DNA from: Gemmatimonadaceae bacterium
GTDB lineage: Bacteria > Gemmatimonadota > Gemmatimonadetes > Gemmatimonadales > Gemmatimonadaceae
Assembly: GCA_045803545.1 (NCBI GenBank)
Contig: JBJMOW010000005.1
Span: forward strand, 544,001 to 608,000
Direction of reading: 5' to 3'
DNA length: 64,000 bases
The position numbers and the translations under genes are program-made. Positions 22,582 through 32,949 of this stretch are shown here, piece after piece. The first letter of the stretch is position 1. Each line of letters begins with the position of its first letter. Below the pieces are notes generated by a model. The model was not told the DNA's origin. It did not search any database and was given only the letters and a program-made list of their open reading frames with translations.

Positions 22582-24468
22582 ATGAGTCACCCGGTCTTCA
22601 TACCTGCGCCGCTCGGCAGACGGCGCGGATCAGCGGGGCCAGCAGCGCCAGCCAGCTGGAAAGAGCGCCTCGAGGCGCTTCGCTACGTTCCAGCGCTATT
22701 CCGACTGATCTGGCGCACACACCGCGGTTACACGCTGGCAATGATGGTGCTGCGCGTCATCCGCTCGGTGGTGCCCGTAGCAACCTTCTGGGTCGGCAAG
22801 CTCATTCTCGATTCGGTGATTGCGACCAAAGCGGGGACAGGGCCAATCACCAATGTCTGGCGCTATCTGGCGTTGGAGCTGGCGATCGTGCTCGGAGCCG
22901 AGATTCTCGCGCGCGCCTCGTCGCTGACCGAAAGCCTGCTCGGCGACCTCTTCTCGAATGAGATGAGTATCGAGCTGATGGACCACGCAGCCAAGCTCGA
23001 TCTGGCGCAATTCGAGGATCCCGAGTTTTATGACCATCTCGAGCGCGCGCGTCGACAGACCGTGGGTCGAATTGCGCTGCTTACCCTCCTGCTGTCGATG
23101 TCGCAGGACGCGCTCACGTTGCTGACGCTGGCCGGCGCACTCATCGCCTACAACCCGTGGCTGCTCCTGCTACTCGCGTTAGCCGTGATACCGAGCTTTC
23201 TCGGCGAGACTCATTTTGCCTCGCTCGGTTATTCGCTGTTGTTCCGCTGGACTCCGGAGCGACGTCAGCTCGACTACCTGCGTTATGTCGGAGCCAGCGA
23301 CAAGACTGCCAAGGAAGTCCAGATGTTCGGGCTCGCGCCGTGGCTGACCGATCGGTATCGGGTGTTGTCGACGAGGTTCTACGAGGAGAATCGCAATCTC
23401 TCCGTTCGGCGCGGTATCGTCAGCGCACTGCTCTCGATTATCGGAACGGTCGGATACTACTCGGCGTACGTCGTAATTCTGATTCGCGCCGTGCGTGGCG
23501 ATATCACCATCGGTACGCTCACCTTCCTCGCCGCGTCGTTTGGCAGAGGGCGAGATGTGATCCAGAACATTCTGCTCTCGGCGAGCAACGTGTTCGAGCA
23601 AGCTCTCTACCTGCGCGATCTGTTCGTCTTTCTCGACATGCGTCCGACGATCGAGTCACCACCAAACGCGCGCCTGGTGCCGGATACAGTTCGCGACGGA
23701 TTCGTTTTTGACGACGTCGGGTTCCAGTATCCTGGTAGCGAGCGATGGGCAATACGCAATGTCAACTTCACCTTGAAACCAGGGGAGCGGGTGGCGCTGG
23801 TTGGCGAGAACGGCGCCGGCAAAACAACTATTACCAAGCTACTCGCTCGACTCTACGATCCGACGGAGGGGCGTATCACCCTCGACGGCGTCGATCTGCG
23901 TGAGTATGACCTCGCCAGCCTGCGTCGCGCAATTGGCGTGATTTTCCAGGATTTCGTTCGCTATGACATGCGATTCGACGAGAACATCGGAGTTGGTGAG
24001 ATCGATTCCGTGCGTGATGATCTCGACAAGCAGAACGGCACTCCGGCCTCGATTACGTCAGCGGCGGAGAACTCGCTGGCGGCGTCGTTGCTACCGCGGT
24101 TTCCCAAGCGCTACCAACAGATGTTGGGACGACGTTTCGAAGATGGCGTCGATCTGTCAGGCGGTGAATGGCAGAAGATTGCGCTCGCCCGCGCGTACAT
24201 CCGGGATGCGCAGGTACTCATTCTGGACGAGCCCACCGCCGCGCTCGATGCGCGCGCGGAATACGAGGTGTTCGTGCGCTTCTCTGAGCTCGTTGCAGGA
24301 AGAATGGCAGTGCTGATCTCGCACCGCTTCTCGACTGTCCGGATGGCAGACCGCATCATCGTGCTTCGCCACGGCCGTGTCGAGGAAGAAGGCTCACATG
24401 AAGAGCTCCTCGAGAAAAAGGGACTCTATGAGGAGCTGTTCACCATGCAGGCCGCCGGATACAGATAA
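22582..24468 (+). CDS. ABC exporter, fused permease + ATP-binding protein
   Basis: TM domain, GENGAGKT, LSGGEWQK, ILDEPT, ISHR. Confidence 0.93.
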   Translation: MSHPVFIPAPLGRRRGSAGPAAPASWKERLEALRYVPALFRLIWRTHRGYTLAMMVLRVIRSVVPVATFWVGKLILDSVIATKAGTGPITNVWRYLALELAIVLGAEILARASSLTESLLGDLFSNEMSIELMDHAAKLDLAQFEDPEFYDHLERARRQTVGRIALLTLLLSMSQDALTLLTLAGALIAYNPWLLLLLALAVIPSFLGETHFASLGYSLLFRWTPERRQLDYLRYVGASDKTAKEVQMFGLAPWLTDRYRVLSTRFYEENRNLSVRRGIVSALLSIIGTVGYYSAYVVILIRAVRGDITIGTLTFLAASFGRGRDVIQNILLSASNVFEQALYLRDLFVFLDMRPTIESPPNARLVPDTVRDGFVFDDVGFQYPGSERWAIRNVNFTLKPGERVALVGENGAGKTTITKLLARLYDPTEGRITLDGVDLREYDLASLRRAIGVIFQDFVRYDMRFDENIGVGEIDSVRDDLDKQNGTPASITSAAENSLAASLLPRFPKRYQQMLGRRFEDGVDLSGGEWQKIALARAYIRDAQVLILDEPTAALDARAEYEVFVRFSELVAGRMAVLISHRFSTVRMADRIIVLRHGRVEEEGSHEELLEKKGLYEELFTMQAAGYR

Positions 24469-24561
24469 GACTTATCCGCACTGCTCTCGGCGTTGACGGT
24501 GGTCGCGGCCGAGCCGGCCGCGATCATAAGACCACGGGTTTGATGTGAATGCACGCCCATA

Positions 24562-25392
24562 TCAGCCCTTGGGAATTGGAATGTCGTTCCAGCGCGCCTG
24601 ATCGAAGGTGCCGGCTGGAAATTCTTCGTTGATTCGCACGTCGGCGTACTCTTCGCGCCACACTGGCTTCCCGTTGCGAATCACCAGGAACTCGGTCGGG
24701 ATGTCGAACCCTTCGATTTCCTTGTAGCTCTGGACGCGCATATCGCTGACAACGGTGCGGTCGCCGTTCTTTGCACGCTGTATAAAGCGGACCAGACGGA
24801 GATTGTCCTTGTCGACCCAGAATTGGTTCGATGTAGTATCGCCGGCTTTCGCGCCAACCACGTACACAGGCTGGCCCTGCCAGTCGTCGCTGCGAATGAT
24901 CTCCGTATCGACGTGAAGCGAGTCGAGGCCCTTCGTGATACTCGCCATTGGCGAGACGTAGACGTCCGCCGTAAGGAGCAGCAGCGGATTTATCGACGGG
25001 CGAAAATCGACGCGAATTCCGTTGTCGAACGACGCGACGCGATCGTCGACCTGCACAAGTCCGCTCTTCTGCGTCGCAGGCAGAAACGCGATTCGCAGTT
25101 TGCCGGGCACCTCGAGATGCTCGTACCACTGCGATTTGCGCTCCTGGCCGGTCGGCGTGTACGACGTGTTGTTCTGCAGAAAACTGATCGTCCTCACATA
25201 CTTGCCGTCGTACCGGTCGTGCATCGCCTTCAGAAGTTCACTCGAGCTGGTAACACGAGCCTTCGATGCCGAACGCGAGCTGGTGGTGGTCGTCTTCTTG
25301 GCGGGCTCGGGGGCCGTCTCGGTCGACGCCTTCGACTGAAAGTATGAGCAACCGGAGATGACGAGAGTCGCGAGTAGTATTCGTGCGCGCAT
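24562..25392 (-). CDS. Hypothetical lipoprotein, possibly LolA-like fold
   Basis: Lipobox ISGC; beta-rich with FWVDKDNLRLVR-type motif. Confidence 0.7.
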   Translation of the reverse strand: MRARILLATLVISGCSYFQSKASTETAPEPAKKTTTTSSRSASKARVTSSSELLKAMHDRYDGKYVRTISFLQNNTSYTPTGQERKSQWYEHLEVPGKLRIAFLPATQKSGLVQVDDRVASFDNGIRVDFRPSINPLLLLTADVYVSPMASITKGLDSLHVDTEIIRSDDWQGQPVYVVGAKAGDTTSNQFWVDKDNLRLVRFIQRAKNGDRTVVSDMRVQSYKEIEGFDIPTEFLVIRNGKPVWREEYADVRINEEFPAGTFDQARWNDIPIPKG

Positions 25393-25395
25393 TGG

Positions 25396-28143
25396 CTAAT
25401 CCCCGAGAGTGTTTCGATACAAGAGTGCGTTGAACAACAACTTGAAAGTACCGTGCGGCTGCGACCGGAAATAAGGGTCCGCGCCATAAAGCACCAGCAT
25501 GCCCCGACCTACCGGCGCCTGCAGCACTTCTGTTACACCGTTCAGGTACCTTTGGCCCCACGCCCAACCACTCCGTAACGGCGCCGGGTTATCGATCCAC
25601 ACTACCCTCTTAACACCGCGCGCCTCAGCTGCGGGAAGCAGCCTGAATGCTTCGGCGTTGTCGTAGTAGAAGTCGGTGATAGGCCGCACTCCTTGCGCGA
25701 GCGACGCGGTCGTGTCGACCCGCATGCTCAGAATCGAGCCCGGGACGTAGAATCTGGTGCGCGGCAAGGCGCGTCCGGAACTGTCGACGAGGGCGTTGGC
25801 GATTGGCAGCTGCAGCTGAATTCCGAGATCGGTCGCCGAGCCGATGGCGAGAATGGTCCCGCCCGCGTTCAGGAATTCGAGCAGCTTCGGAATGGTCGCC
25901 GCAACGGTGAGGCCACCGAGTCGATCGCGATATTCTTCCGGAACGTCTTCGGGATTTATCCGCTGCGCCTGCCGCGCACCTGGCCGCAGGAAATTGACTC
26001 CATCCGGCAGGATCAGGACATCGTATTTCGAAATCAGATTACCGGCGTCCAGCTGAGACGGGTACACGACCTCGTACGGGAACTCGAACTGCTCCAGTAC
26101 GAATCGCGCCCACCCCGATGTTATAAGCCCGCCGTACTGGTCATACAGACCAATGCGCGGCGCCTTGATCGGCTTCAGTATGTTCGGCGACAGATCGGTA
26201 TCGATCGGATCAAACTCCAATCCCTTCTCGGTCGCGACACGCGACACCACCGGTCGGGTTCCCGGTTTGGCGCGAACGAAGAAAGTGCCCACGTCGTAAA
26301 TCTTGCCGTTGATGTTGAGCGGAGATCTCAGCGAGTAAACCTCTTCTCCGTGAGCGAGCAGGCGGTTCACTGCAGTGAACGCGTCGTTCTGGGAATGGCT
26401 TAGCACGTAGCCGTCGGCGGCTGGCCCAACACGCTCCGCCTGTGGCCGGGCGAACCCGATTACGGGACTGAACGGTCCGCCAAACGGCTCGAGAATTCGA
26501 TCGAACTGTACACCCATTTGATAGGCGAGCGTCCAGCCGGCGTTGTCGTACGGCGGAATCGGAGGTCCACCAGGATAGCTGAAGTCGTTCGGGTGATCCT
26601 GTGGCTCGAACATGTCGAGGATGTGCGGGCGAAATGCCTGCGCAGTCTTTATTACAAAAGACCCCGCCGGATAGGACTTGTCGCCGACGGTGAACGAGGC
26701 GGTTGCCCGTAAAACGCTGATGCCAGTCTTGATCAGCGTATTTACGAACTTTGTCGCAGTAGGAAAATCCGGTTGGTCGCCCGAGATTATGTACCCACGC
26801 GGATCACGGTCACTCGGATTGCGCATGATGCTGTTGTAGGCCGCCATCTCCGCCGGCGTCGTGGTCATCGGGCCGCCACCGGTCGGCCGGACGGTATCCT
26901 GAGGCAGCGCGGTCTGCAACGCCGCTACTTTTTTCGGCGTGGTCGTCCAGCTGTCGGTGTTGCCGCGCTGAATCGAGTTCCGACCCATCTGATAGATGTT
27001 GTAGAGCAGCGTTTCGCGGTACCGCGAGGCGACATCCAGCACCGCGCGGTTGGCGGTGAGCTCATAGGCGATTGACTGCGCGAAATGCCACTTCTGCGGT
27101 GCGATCGGCATCGGATAATCGCCTTTCGGCAGTAGCTTTTCAGGAACGAGCGGGATCTCGATCGGTGTCGGATTCCCGATTGCTTCCGTCAACAGTCCGA
27201 TCATGTTGTGGAAATACACCGTCGTCCTTAATCCGCCGTTCCACCACGTCGAATAGTTCGATCCACTTCGCATCGTCGCGCCTGGCTTCCCCTCGGCGAC
27301 AAAACGCGAATGCATTGCTGCGCCGACGAGGTCGAGCTCCATCGGCACCAGCGGATCGAAGTTGTAATTGAACGGATCCCGGAACGGGGGTGCGAAGATC
27401 ACCGTACCGGGGGGACCGGTCTGGTGGTGATTGTACATGATCTGCGGATACCAGGCGCGAAACAGAATACTGTCCATTGCCTGTGTTTCCGGTTGTGATG
27501 CCATGTATGCGTCGCGGTTGTTGTCGTGACCGACGTACTTGTGATAAAGTCGTGGCAGGCGAGCTGTAGTGCGTTTCAGTGTGTCGGCATCACGCATGTA
27601 CCAGTCGGACACGAGCTCCTGGCCGTCCGGATTGGCTGGAACGAGCAGGATGATGTCGTCGCGCAGGAATCGAAGAGTCTCTGGATCCGTTCGGCTGACC
27701 AGCTCGTAAGTCGTCTCGATGAGCTGCTGCGCCCCGAGTACTTCACTCGCGTGCAAGCCACCATCGATCCAGACCACCGCCTTGCCTTCCGACGCGAGCT
27801 TGTGTGCCTGCGCATCAGTCAGTCCTTCCGCGAGCGCCAGCCGGCGCGAGATGTTTTGATAATGGGCGAGCTTCTTCTGGTTCTCCGGCGACGTAACGAT
27901 CGCCATGATGATCGGTCGCCCTTCCGCCGTGCTGCCGATTCGCACGAGACGCATGCGATCGGACTCGCGATCGAGCTTGCGCCAGTACTCGAGCATCTGG
28001 GTGTAGTCGGCGAGGAAATAATCGTCGCCAATGTTGTGACCGAACTGTGCCAACGGCGAAGTGATACCGCGTTGCGCCATCATGGGTGGCGCAGCCACGA
28101 GCAGCAGAGCGATGGAGAGCGCTTTGAATCTGAGGCTTCTCAT
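25396..28143 (-). CDS. Secreted M14-family zinc carboxypeptidase
   Basis: Signal peptide; LHASE (HxxE), NPDG, DNNRD, NHHQ. Confidence 0.88.
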   Translation of the reverse strand: MRSLRFKALSIALLLVAAPPMMAQRGITSPLAQFGHNIGDDYFLADYTQMLEYWRKLDRESDRMRLVRIGSTAEGRPIIMAIVTSPENQKKLAHYQNISRRLALAEGLTDAQAHKLASEGKAVVWIDGGLHASEVLGAQQLIETTYELVSRTDPETLRFLRDDIILLVPANPDGQELVSDWYMRDADTLKRTTARLPRLYHKYVGHDNNRDAYMASQPETQAMDSILFRAWYPQIMYNHHQTGPPGTVIFAPPFRDPFNYNFDPLVPMELDLVGAAMHSRFVAEGKPGATMRSGSNYSTWWNGGLRTTVYFHNMIGLLTEAIGNPTPIEIPLVPEKLLPKGDYPMPIAPQKWHFAQSIAYELTANRAVLDVASRYRETLLYNIYQMGRNSIQRGNTDSWTTTPKKVAALQTALPQDTVRPTGGGPMTTTPAEMAAYNSIMRNPSDRDPRGYIISGDQPDFPTATKFVNTLIKTGISVLRATASFTVGDKSYPAGSFVIKTAQAFRPHILDMFEPQDHPNDFSYPGGPPIPPYDNAGWTLAYQMGVQFDRILEPFGGPFSPVIGFARPQAERVGPAADGYVLSHSQNDAFTAVNRLLAHGEEVYSLRSPLNINGKIYDVGTFFVRAKPGTRPVVSRVATEKGLEFDPIDTDLSPNILKPIKAPRIGLYDQYGGLITSGWARFVLEQFEFPYEVVYPSQLDAGNLISKYDVLILPDGVNFLRPGARQAQRINPEDVPEEYRDRLGGLTVAATIPKLLEFLNAGGTILAIGSATDLGIQLQLPIANALVDSSGRALPRTRFYVPGSILSMRVDTTASLAQGVRPITDFYYDNAEAFRLLPAAEARGVKRVVWIDNPAPLRSGWAWGQRYLNGVTEVLQAPVGRGMLVLYGADPYFRSQPHGTFKLLFNALLYRNTLGD

Positions 28144-28193
28144 GCTACGAATCGGAGTGGGAGTCGCAGGGAAATCGCGAGTGCAGCGGAAAT

Positions 28194-29090
28194 CTAAGCC
28201 GCCGGGTCCGCCTTGCGGGACATCCGTGCGGTGATGATCACCCCGCCCAGCACGATCGCTCCACCTATTAGGGTGGAAATGCTGGGAATCTGGTGGATCG
28301 CGGGGATCACAGCTCCGAGCAGCGTCGCTCCCACAGGCTCACCCAGCACCGTCAGATTCACTACGTAGGCGGGGAGAAACTTGAGCGCCCAGTTCATTCC
28401 GGTGTGGCCGAGCAACATCGGACCGATGGCGAGAGCAGCAAAGATCGTGATTTCTTTCGGTGGCTGAGGAGCGAGCGCGACGCCGCGCGCAACCGCGACT
28501 GCAGTGAGCGTTACGAGAGCAGCGCCGTAAACGATGGTCACATACGCCCAAATCCCAAGCACTCGTCGGAGCCTGCGACCGATCGTGTAGTAGATCGCAG
28601 CAGTGATTGCCGCCGAGATCGCAAGCAGATTTCCAATGAGCGGTGCGCTGCCGCCAGCACCGGCACGCAGATCGGGTGAAGCGATCACGAACGCCCCGAT
28701 GATTGCGCACAAGATGCCCAGGTATTGCCGCGACGACGGCGGCTCTTTCACAGCGAAGGCCGATATCAGCGCCACTATAGCCGGCTGCAGATTAACGAGG
28801 GAAACGGAAGCAGCGATGGTGGTGAGATGGATCGACGCATTCCAGGCCCAGAAGTGGAGCGCCAGTGACACGCCTGCCGCAACTGCTAGCAGCAGCTCCT
28901 GGAGCGTCAGTCGTCGCCAATCCCGCCACTCGCGAGTCGCCAGGAGAAAAGCAATGACGGCTACGAGGGAAAAACCGAGACGCCAGACGGCAATGGTGAG
29001 AGCGCCAGCGTTCGACAGGCGCACGAGCGGTCCCGCGAACGAGATGCCCAGCACTGCCAGGGCGAGCACCCAATACGGTTTGGCGCGCAT
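28194..29090 (-). CDS. DMT/EamA family transporter
   Basis: About 10 TM helices; ALHFWAW, LLGHTGMNWAL, LGEPVGA. Confidence 0.9.
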   Translation of the reverse strand: MRAKPYWVLALAVLGISFAGPLVRLSNAGALTIAVWRLGFSLVAVIAFLLATREWRDWRRLTLQELLLAVAAGVSLALHFWAWNASIHLTTIAASVSLVNLQPAIVALISAFAVKEPPSSRQYLGILCAIIGAFVIASPDLRAGAGGSAPLIGNLLAISAAITAAIYYTIGRRLRRVLGIWAYVTIVYGAALVTLTAVAVARGVALAPQPPKEITIFAALAIGPMLLGHTGMNWALKFLPAYVVNLTVLGEPVGATLLGAVIPAIHQIPSISTLIGGAIVLGGVIITARMSRKADPAA

Positions 29091-29092
29091 AC

Positions 29093-29127
29093 AAAAAAAG
29101 AGCCGGTGCGTTAAGCACCGGCTCTTT
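29093..29127 (-). terminator. Rho-independent terminator after the lytic transglycosylase gene
   Basis: AAAGAGCCGGTGC-loop-GCACCGGCTCTTT with T7 on the minus strand. Confidence 0.85.
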
Positions 29128-29139
29128 GAACGAACAACC

Positions 29140-29847
29140 TTAGTCTGCCTTCTGAGTTTTCACCAGTCGCATCTCGGCAGCCGCACGGCCAGCGTGCTTC
29201 AAAACCTTGTCGTCATAAAGGTGGCAGTTTGGCGTGTTGCGACCACGGACGCAGCCGTTGTATCGGAGCAACGCCACGCGCGTGTTAGGCGCGCTGCGCA
29301 TCGCTTCCTTCAGGATCTGCACACCGTGACAGATGTTGCTTTCGATGTCGAACAGGTCAGACGAGCCGCAACCCCACTTACCACTGTGGAGCGGCATGAC
29401 CTGCATTAGGCCGCGCGCACCAACGGAGCTGCGGGCGTGCGGGTCAAGAGTGTTGTCTTCGGTCAGAAGAACACCAACCAGCAGCGCCGGATCGATATGC
29501 TCCTTGTCCGCCTGCTCGACGATTGCGTCGGCAATACGGAAAGCGAGACCACGATCGTTGGTGTACTGGTTCAGTACTTCCCCGATGCGGAACGCCTCTT
29601 CCGTCGGCTGCGAAGCGTCAACGACAGCCGCGGGCAGTCTCAGCAAGCGACCCGGATTGGCGTACAGCGGGTGCTGCTGGGAAATCGTCCAAACCGCGCC
29701 GCCAGCGAGCAGGCCGACCAGCGCGATCGCGTGCGTGGCCGTACGCATCGCCGACTTCATCGGCGACTCGAGCTTGCTTGGTGGTGCAGTCAAAGGCTTC
29801 AGTGACTTCTTCTTCACAGATTCTCCTCGAATTAGCGTGTCGAGCAA
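29140..29847 (-). CDS. Lytic transglycosylase (SLT domain), membrane-anchored
   Basis: IDPALLVGVLLTE, GARGLMQVMP, NICHG, ALLRYNG; start uncertain. Confidence 0.85.
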   Translation of the reverse strand: MLDTLIRGESVKKKSLKPLTAPPSKLESPMKSAMRTATHAIALVGLLAGGAVWTISQQHPLYANPGRLLRLPAAVVDASQPTEEAFRIGEVLNQYTNDRGLAFRIADAIVEQADKEHIDPALLVGVLLTEDNTLDPHARSSVGARGLMQVMPLHSGKWGCGSSDLFDIESNICHGVQILKEAMRSAPNTRVALLRYNGCVRGRNTPNCHLYDDKVLKHAGRAAAEMRLVKTQKAD

Positions 29848-29849
29848 AC

Positions 29850-30449
29850 CTAGATGAGTGGGACCAAAACTCTCCCTTTATCATCCCGGTACGCCCGGCC
29901 CAACCGATCCGCAAAACCATGCAACACTTCCATATCCCGCTCACGTACGCGGTACTGCGCTGCGGTCGTCGGGAGCCGATACGTCGCAATGCTCTCGCTC
30001 GCCGGCAGCTTCTTCACCTGCATCCTTCCCTTCACCAGCTCCGCTCCCCTGGGCTTGGCGAAGTCCCACATCCTTCTACCAATCTGCGAGTTCGTCAGTG
30101 GGCAATCCGGATAACGTCCCCGGATGTACCGGATGAAGTACTCGTTGTCGATCAACTTCTCATGGTCACCGTTCGTGGAAGCGTCAGCGATGTTGATCGC
30201 TGCCCGCGGCCCCGGCGGTGTGTGCCAGCGCTTCAAATCCTCGGCTTCGAGAGAAACCTGGATCTTGGCGCCCAGCACTTCTGCTATTTGCCGCAAAAGC
30301 TCGAGCGAGACGTTGTACTCTTCGTCATGCTCGATATTGCGGATGGTTGACGGCGAGACTGGCTTAGGCAGTCTGGCTGCAACGTCTTCACGACGGAGAC
30401 CTCTGAGCTTTCTTATTCGCTCGAGTTCCCGTCCAATCCACTCAGACAT
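29850..30449 (-). CDS. XRE-family HTH transcriptional regulator with unknown C-terminal domain
   Basis: IRKLRGLRREDVA...STIRNIE...SLELLRQIAEVLG. Confidence 0.8.
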   Translation of the reverse strand: MSEWIGRELERIRKLRGLRREDVAARLPKPVSPSTIRNIEHDEEYNVSLELLRQIAEVLGAKIQVSLEAEDLKRWHTPPGPRAAINIADASTNGDHEKLIDNEYFIRYIRGRYPDCPLTNSQIGRRMWDFAKPRGAELVKGRMQVKKLPASESIATYRLPTTAAQYRVRERDMEVLHGFADRLGRAYRDDKGRVLVPLI

Positions 30450-30640
30450 ACACTCAATTCTATTTTGGTAATGCCACTACTGAGATACGTATAACGCTAC
30501 CTGTACTGACGGGTTGGGTCAAGAAAAAGTTTTAAGAAATCAAGGGACGAGTGGGGTCAGAATGTCACGATTGTGACGTCTAGAACCGAAGCAATACCGA
30601 AGCAGGGGCTTGCCGCTGCAACGAGTCGGTGGAGAGGCGC

Positions 30641-31396
30641 CTAGTCCGACAGGTTGAAGGTGAGCATCGCCGTGGCTGCCTGCTCGGCGAACCTAAGCAC
30701 CTTTCCCGAGTAGGTATAGCAGTTCGGCGTGTTCGTCCCACGGACACAGCCATTATAACGTTGCAGCGCTGTCGCGACGCTCGGTGAGCGTTTGATCAGA
30801 TCCGCCAGAATGCTGACTCCGTGACAAATGTTGGAGTCGATGGCGAACAAGTCAGCGTTCGGGCACCCCGCCCACTTCCCGGCGTGGAAGGGCATCACCT
30901 GCATCAGGCCGCGCGCTCCCACAAAGCTCTTTGCTCTCGGATCCAGCTTCGCGTCCTCTGTGAGGACCACGCCGACGAGTAGTGCGGGGTCTATCTTCTT
31001 CTTCCCGCCTTCGACGACGATTGCCTGGGCGATGCGACGAGCGAGCACTGTGTCGCTCGTGTACTTATGGAGCGAAAACGCGACTTTCTGGACCTCGGCC
31101 TGTGCCGCGGCGTCATTGGCAGGCGGCGGCACCGTGTCCGTGCCCGGTGTGACCGCGGTTACGACGGCCACTGGCAGATGTAGCAGCTCGCCCGGCTTAA
31201 CGAACTTTGGGTGCTGCTGGCGAATGGTCCAGACAGTGCCGGCCGCGAGCAACACCGTAGCAGCAATGCCTTGAAGCGCAGCCTTGAGATTTCGTTTCCA
31301 GCGGGCTTCGTTGGGTCGGGGAGGCCGGCGAACCGGCACGTTCGTGAACACATCTCCCGTCCCCGACTGACGCTGGTCAAACTCGAGGTCGGCCAT
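30641..31396 (-). CDS. Lytic transglycosylase (SLT domain), paralog of 29140..29847
   Basis: IDPALLVGVVLTE, GARGLMQVMP, ALQRYNGCVRG; start chosen at MADLEF. Confidence 0.85.
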   Translation of the reverse strand: MADLEFDQRQSGTGDVFTNVPVRRPPRPNEARWKRNLKAALQGIAATVLLAAGTVWTIRQQHPKFVKPGELLHLPVAVVTAVTPGTDTVPPPANDAAAQAEVQKVAFSLHKYTSDTVLARRIAQAIVVEGGKKKIDPALLVGVVLTEDAKLDPRAKSFVGARGLMQVMPFHAGKWAGCPNADLFAIDSNICHGVSILADLIKRSPSVATALQRYNGCVRGTNTPNCYTYSGKVLRFAEQAATAMLTFNLSD

Positions 31397-31494
31397 GCCC
31401 GTTTCGGTTGCACCCCACGTGCCATACCCGGTATGGAGATTGCCCCCTCCTTCCCACTCCCCGCCTCGCCTGCCAGCCGCTACACTGCTATCGA

Positions 31495-32226
31495 ATGAAA
31501 GAATCCGAACCACTCTACCGGTTCACGCGCTTCCTGAAGCGCGCAGTAATCGGCCTCGGAGTCGTACTGCTCGCCTTGCTGGCCTTCGGATACTTCTTCT
31601 TCATGCGCCATGTCGACGCTCCCAAAGCGTGGGCCGCAGCGGACCGCGAGCTTCAGGGTGGGATGCTTGACTTTGGTGAGAAAGTCGAGCGGCGCGCGCG
31701 AGTTTTCATGCGCCGGCCGAGTGATTACTATCGCGGCGCAAATGGGATGCTGTTTGCCACGAATGAGCGGCTCATTTACATCGGCGTGGCTCCGGGCAGC
31801 AAGATGGAAAATGAAGACGCGCCACCCGTGATCGTCTCGCAGGAATTTCCCAACGACACGCTTCTACAGATGAAGCCCGCTCGACTCTACCTCCTTACCG
31901 CACATGGAGTGCGGGTGTCCCGACCGGGCGTGCAGTCCGCCCAGTTCGCGGCACTCAGCGGACAGGAACCGGCGCTCGACTCGCTGGTCAACTACGTCAA
32001 TCACGTTCACGACACCCAGCGTCGGGAAGCAGCAGAAGAGCGGCGCCTTCGTCAGGCTGTTGGCGCACTACTGAAGGAACCGATTTACTATACAGTCAAA
32101 CGAGGCGACGCTTTGTTCAGCATCGCCCGCAAGTTCGAGACAACTCCGGAGCAGATTCAGAAATGGAATCAGCTCGAAGGCGATCGGGTCAAGATCGGGC
32201 AGCGACTGCTGGTCAAGAAACCATAG
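31495..32226 (+). CDS. Membrane-anchored protein with C-terminal LysM domain
   Basis: N-terminal TM; YTVKRGDALFSIARKF...WNQL...KIGQRL. Confidence 0.88.
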   Translation: MKESEPLYRFTRFLKRAVIGLGVVLLALLAFGYFFFMRHVDAPKAWAAADRELQGGMLDFGEKVERRARVFMRRPSDYYRGANGMLFATNERLIYIGVAPGSKMENEDAPPVIVSQEFPNDTLLQMKPARLYLLTAHGVRVSRPGVQSAQFAALSGQEPALDSLVNYVNHVHDTQRREAAEERRLRQAVGALLKEPIYYTVKRGDALFSIARKFETTPEQIQKWNQLEGDRVKIGQRLLVKKP

Positions 32227-32308
32227 TGTCGGAAACTGCACCGGCGACGGTAGCGTATTATCTCCTCAGTCGAGCGGTTGACGCTCGCTGCATTGACAGG
32301 AGCATCAA

Positions 32309-32506
32309 ATGGACGATTTGAAGCAAGCGCTCGAGAAACTGCGCGACGAGCTCACCAACGCCGGGAAGCGTCTCGCAGATTTGGCGGAAAAGGCAGAATC
32401 AGATCTGCCGCCCTGGGGAAAAAAGATCAACGAAGAGTATCTGCGACTCCAGGCACTCCTGGATCAGGCAGTCGACAAGCTGCGCAAGAAAGCCTCGCGG
32501 GATTAG
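32309..32506 (+). CDS. Small helical hypothetical protein (65 aa)
   Basis: AGGAG RBS; amphipathic coiled-coil-like sequence. Confidence 0.7.
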   Translation: MDDLKQALEKLRDELTNAGKRLADLAEKAESDLPPWGKKINEEYLRLQALLDQAVDKLRKKASRD

Positions 32507-32556
32507 CACAGCCCGATATTGGGCGCCTCCCGCCTCTCGCTGACCGCCTCCCGCCC

Positions 32557-32856
32557 TTACTGAAGGTCCACCAGATGCGGCCGCGCCTCGTGGCCGGCGC
32601 GATACGCTGAGAGAATCTGGATGTCCCCGACGGTTGGCGGCGCGATCGAATACACGATTCCCAGTCGCCAGCTTTCGTGCGCCAGGTGATAGCGCCGATA
32701 AATAATGTATGGCGCGTCCTGGATTGCCTTATGGACTGCGTCATCCTCTATCTCCGCCAGCGCCTTGTCCGGGAGGCAAATCTCCGGGGGCGGTTCGTCA
32801 CCGAACTCGAGGCGCTTCACTTCTGCGCGCGAAGTAATCAACCAGCATTCCATCAT
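32557..32856 (-). CDS. Hypothetical protein
   Basis: Protein-like composition; fills the gap between flanking genes. Confidence 0.5.
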   Translation of the reverse strand: MMECWLITSRAEVKRLEFGDEPPPEICLPDKALAEIEDDAVHKAIQDAPYIIYRRYHLAHESWRLGIVYSIAPPTVGDIQILSAYRAGHEARPHLVDLQ

Positions 32857-32949
32857 CGAGTTGGGTCTGGGAACTCATAAACTACAAAAGAAGAACGCTC
32901 ACCGCCCGACTAGCGGTTGACCGCACGCATTCGTCTTCCCTGCCTTCCC

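Noticed and set aside
31441..31480. G-quadruplex in the SLT/LysM divergent region (minus strand G-rich)
   Set aside because: Only three runs of three or more G; unremarkable at this GC content
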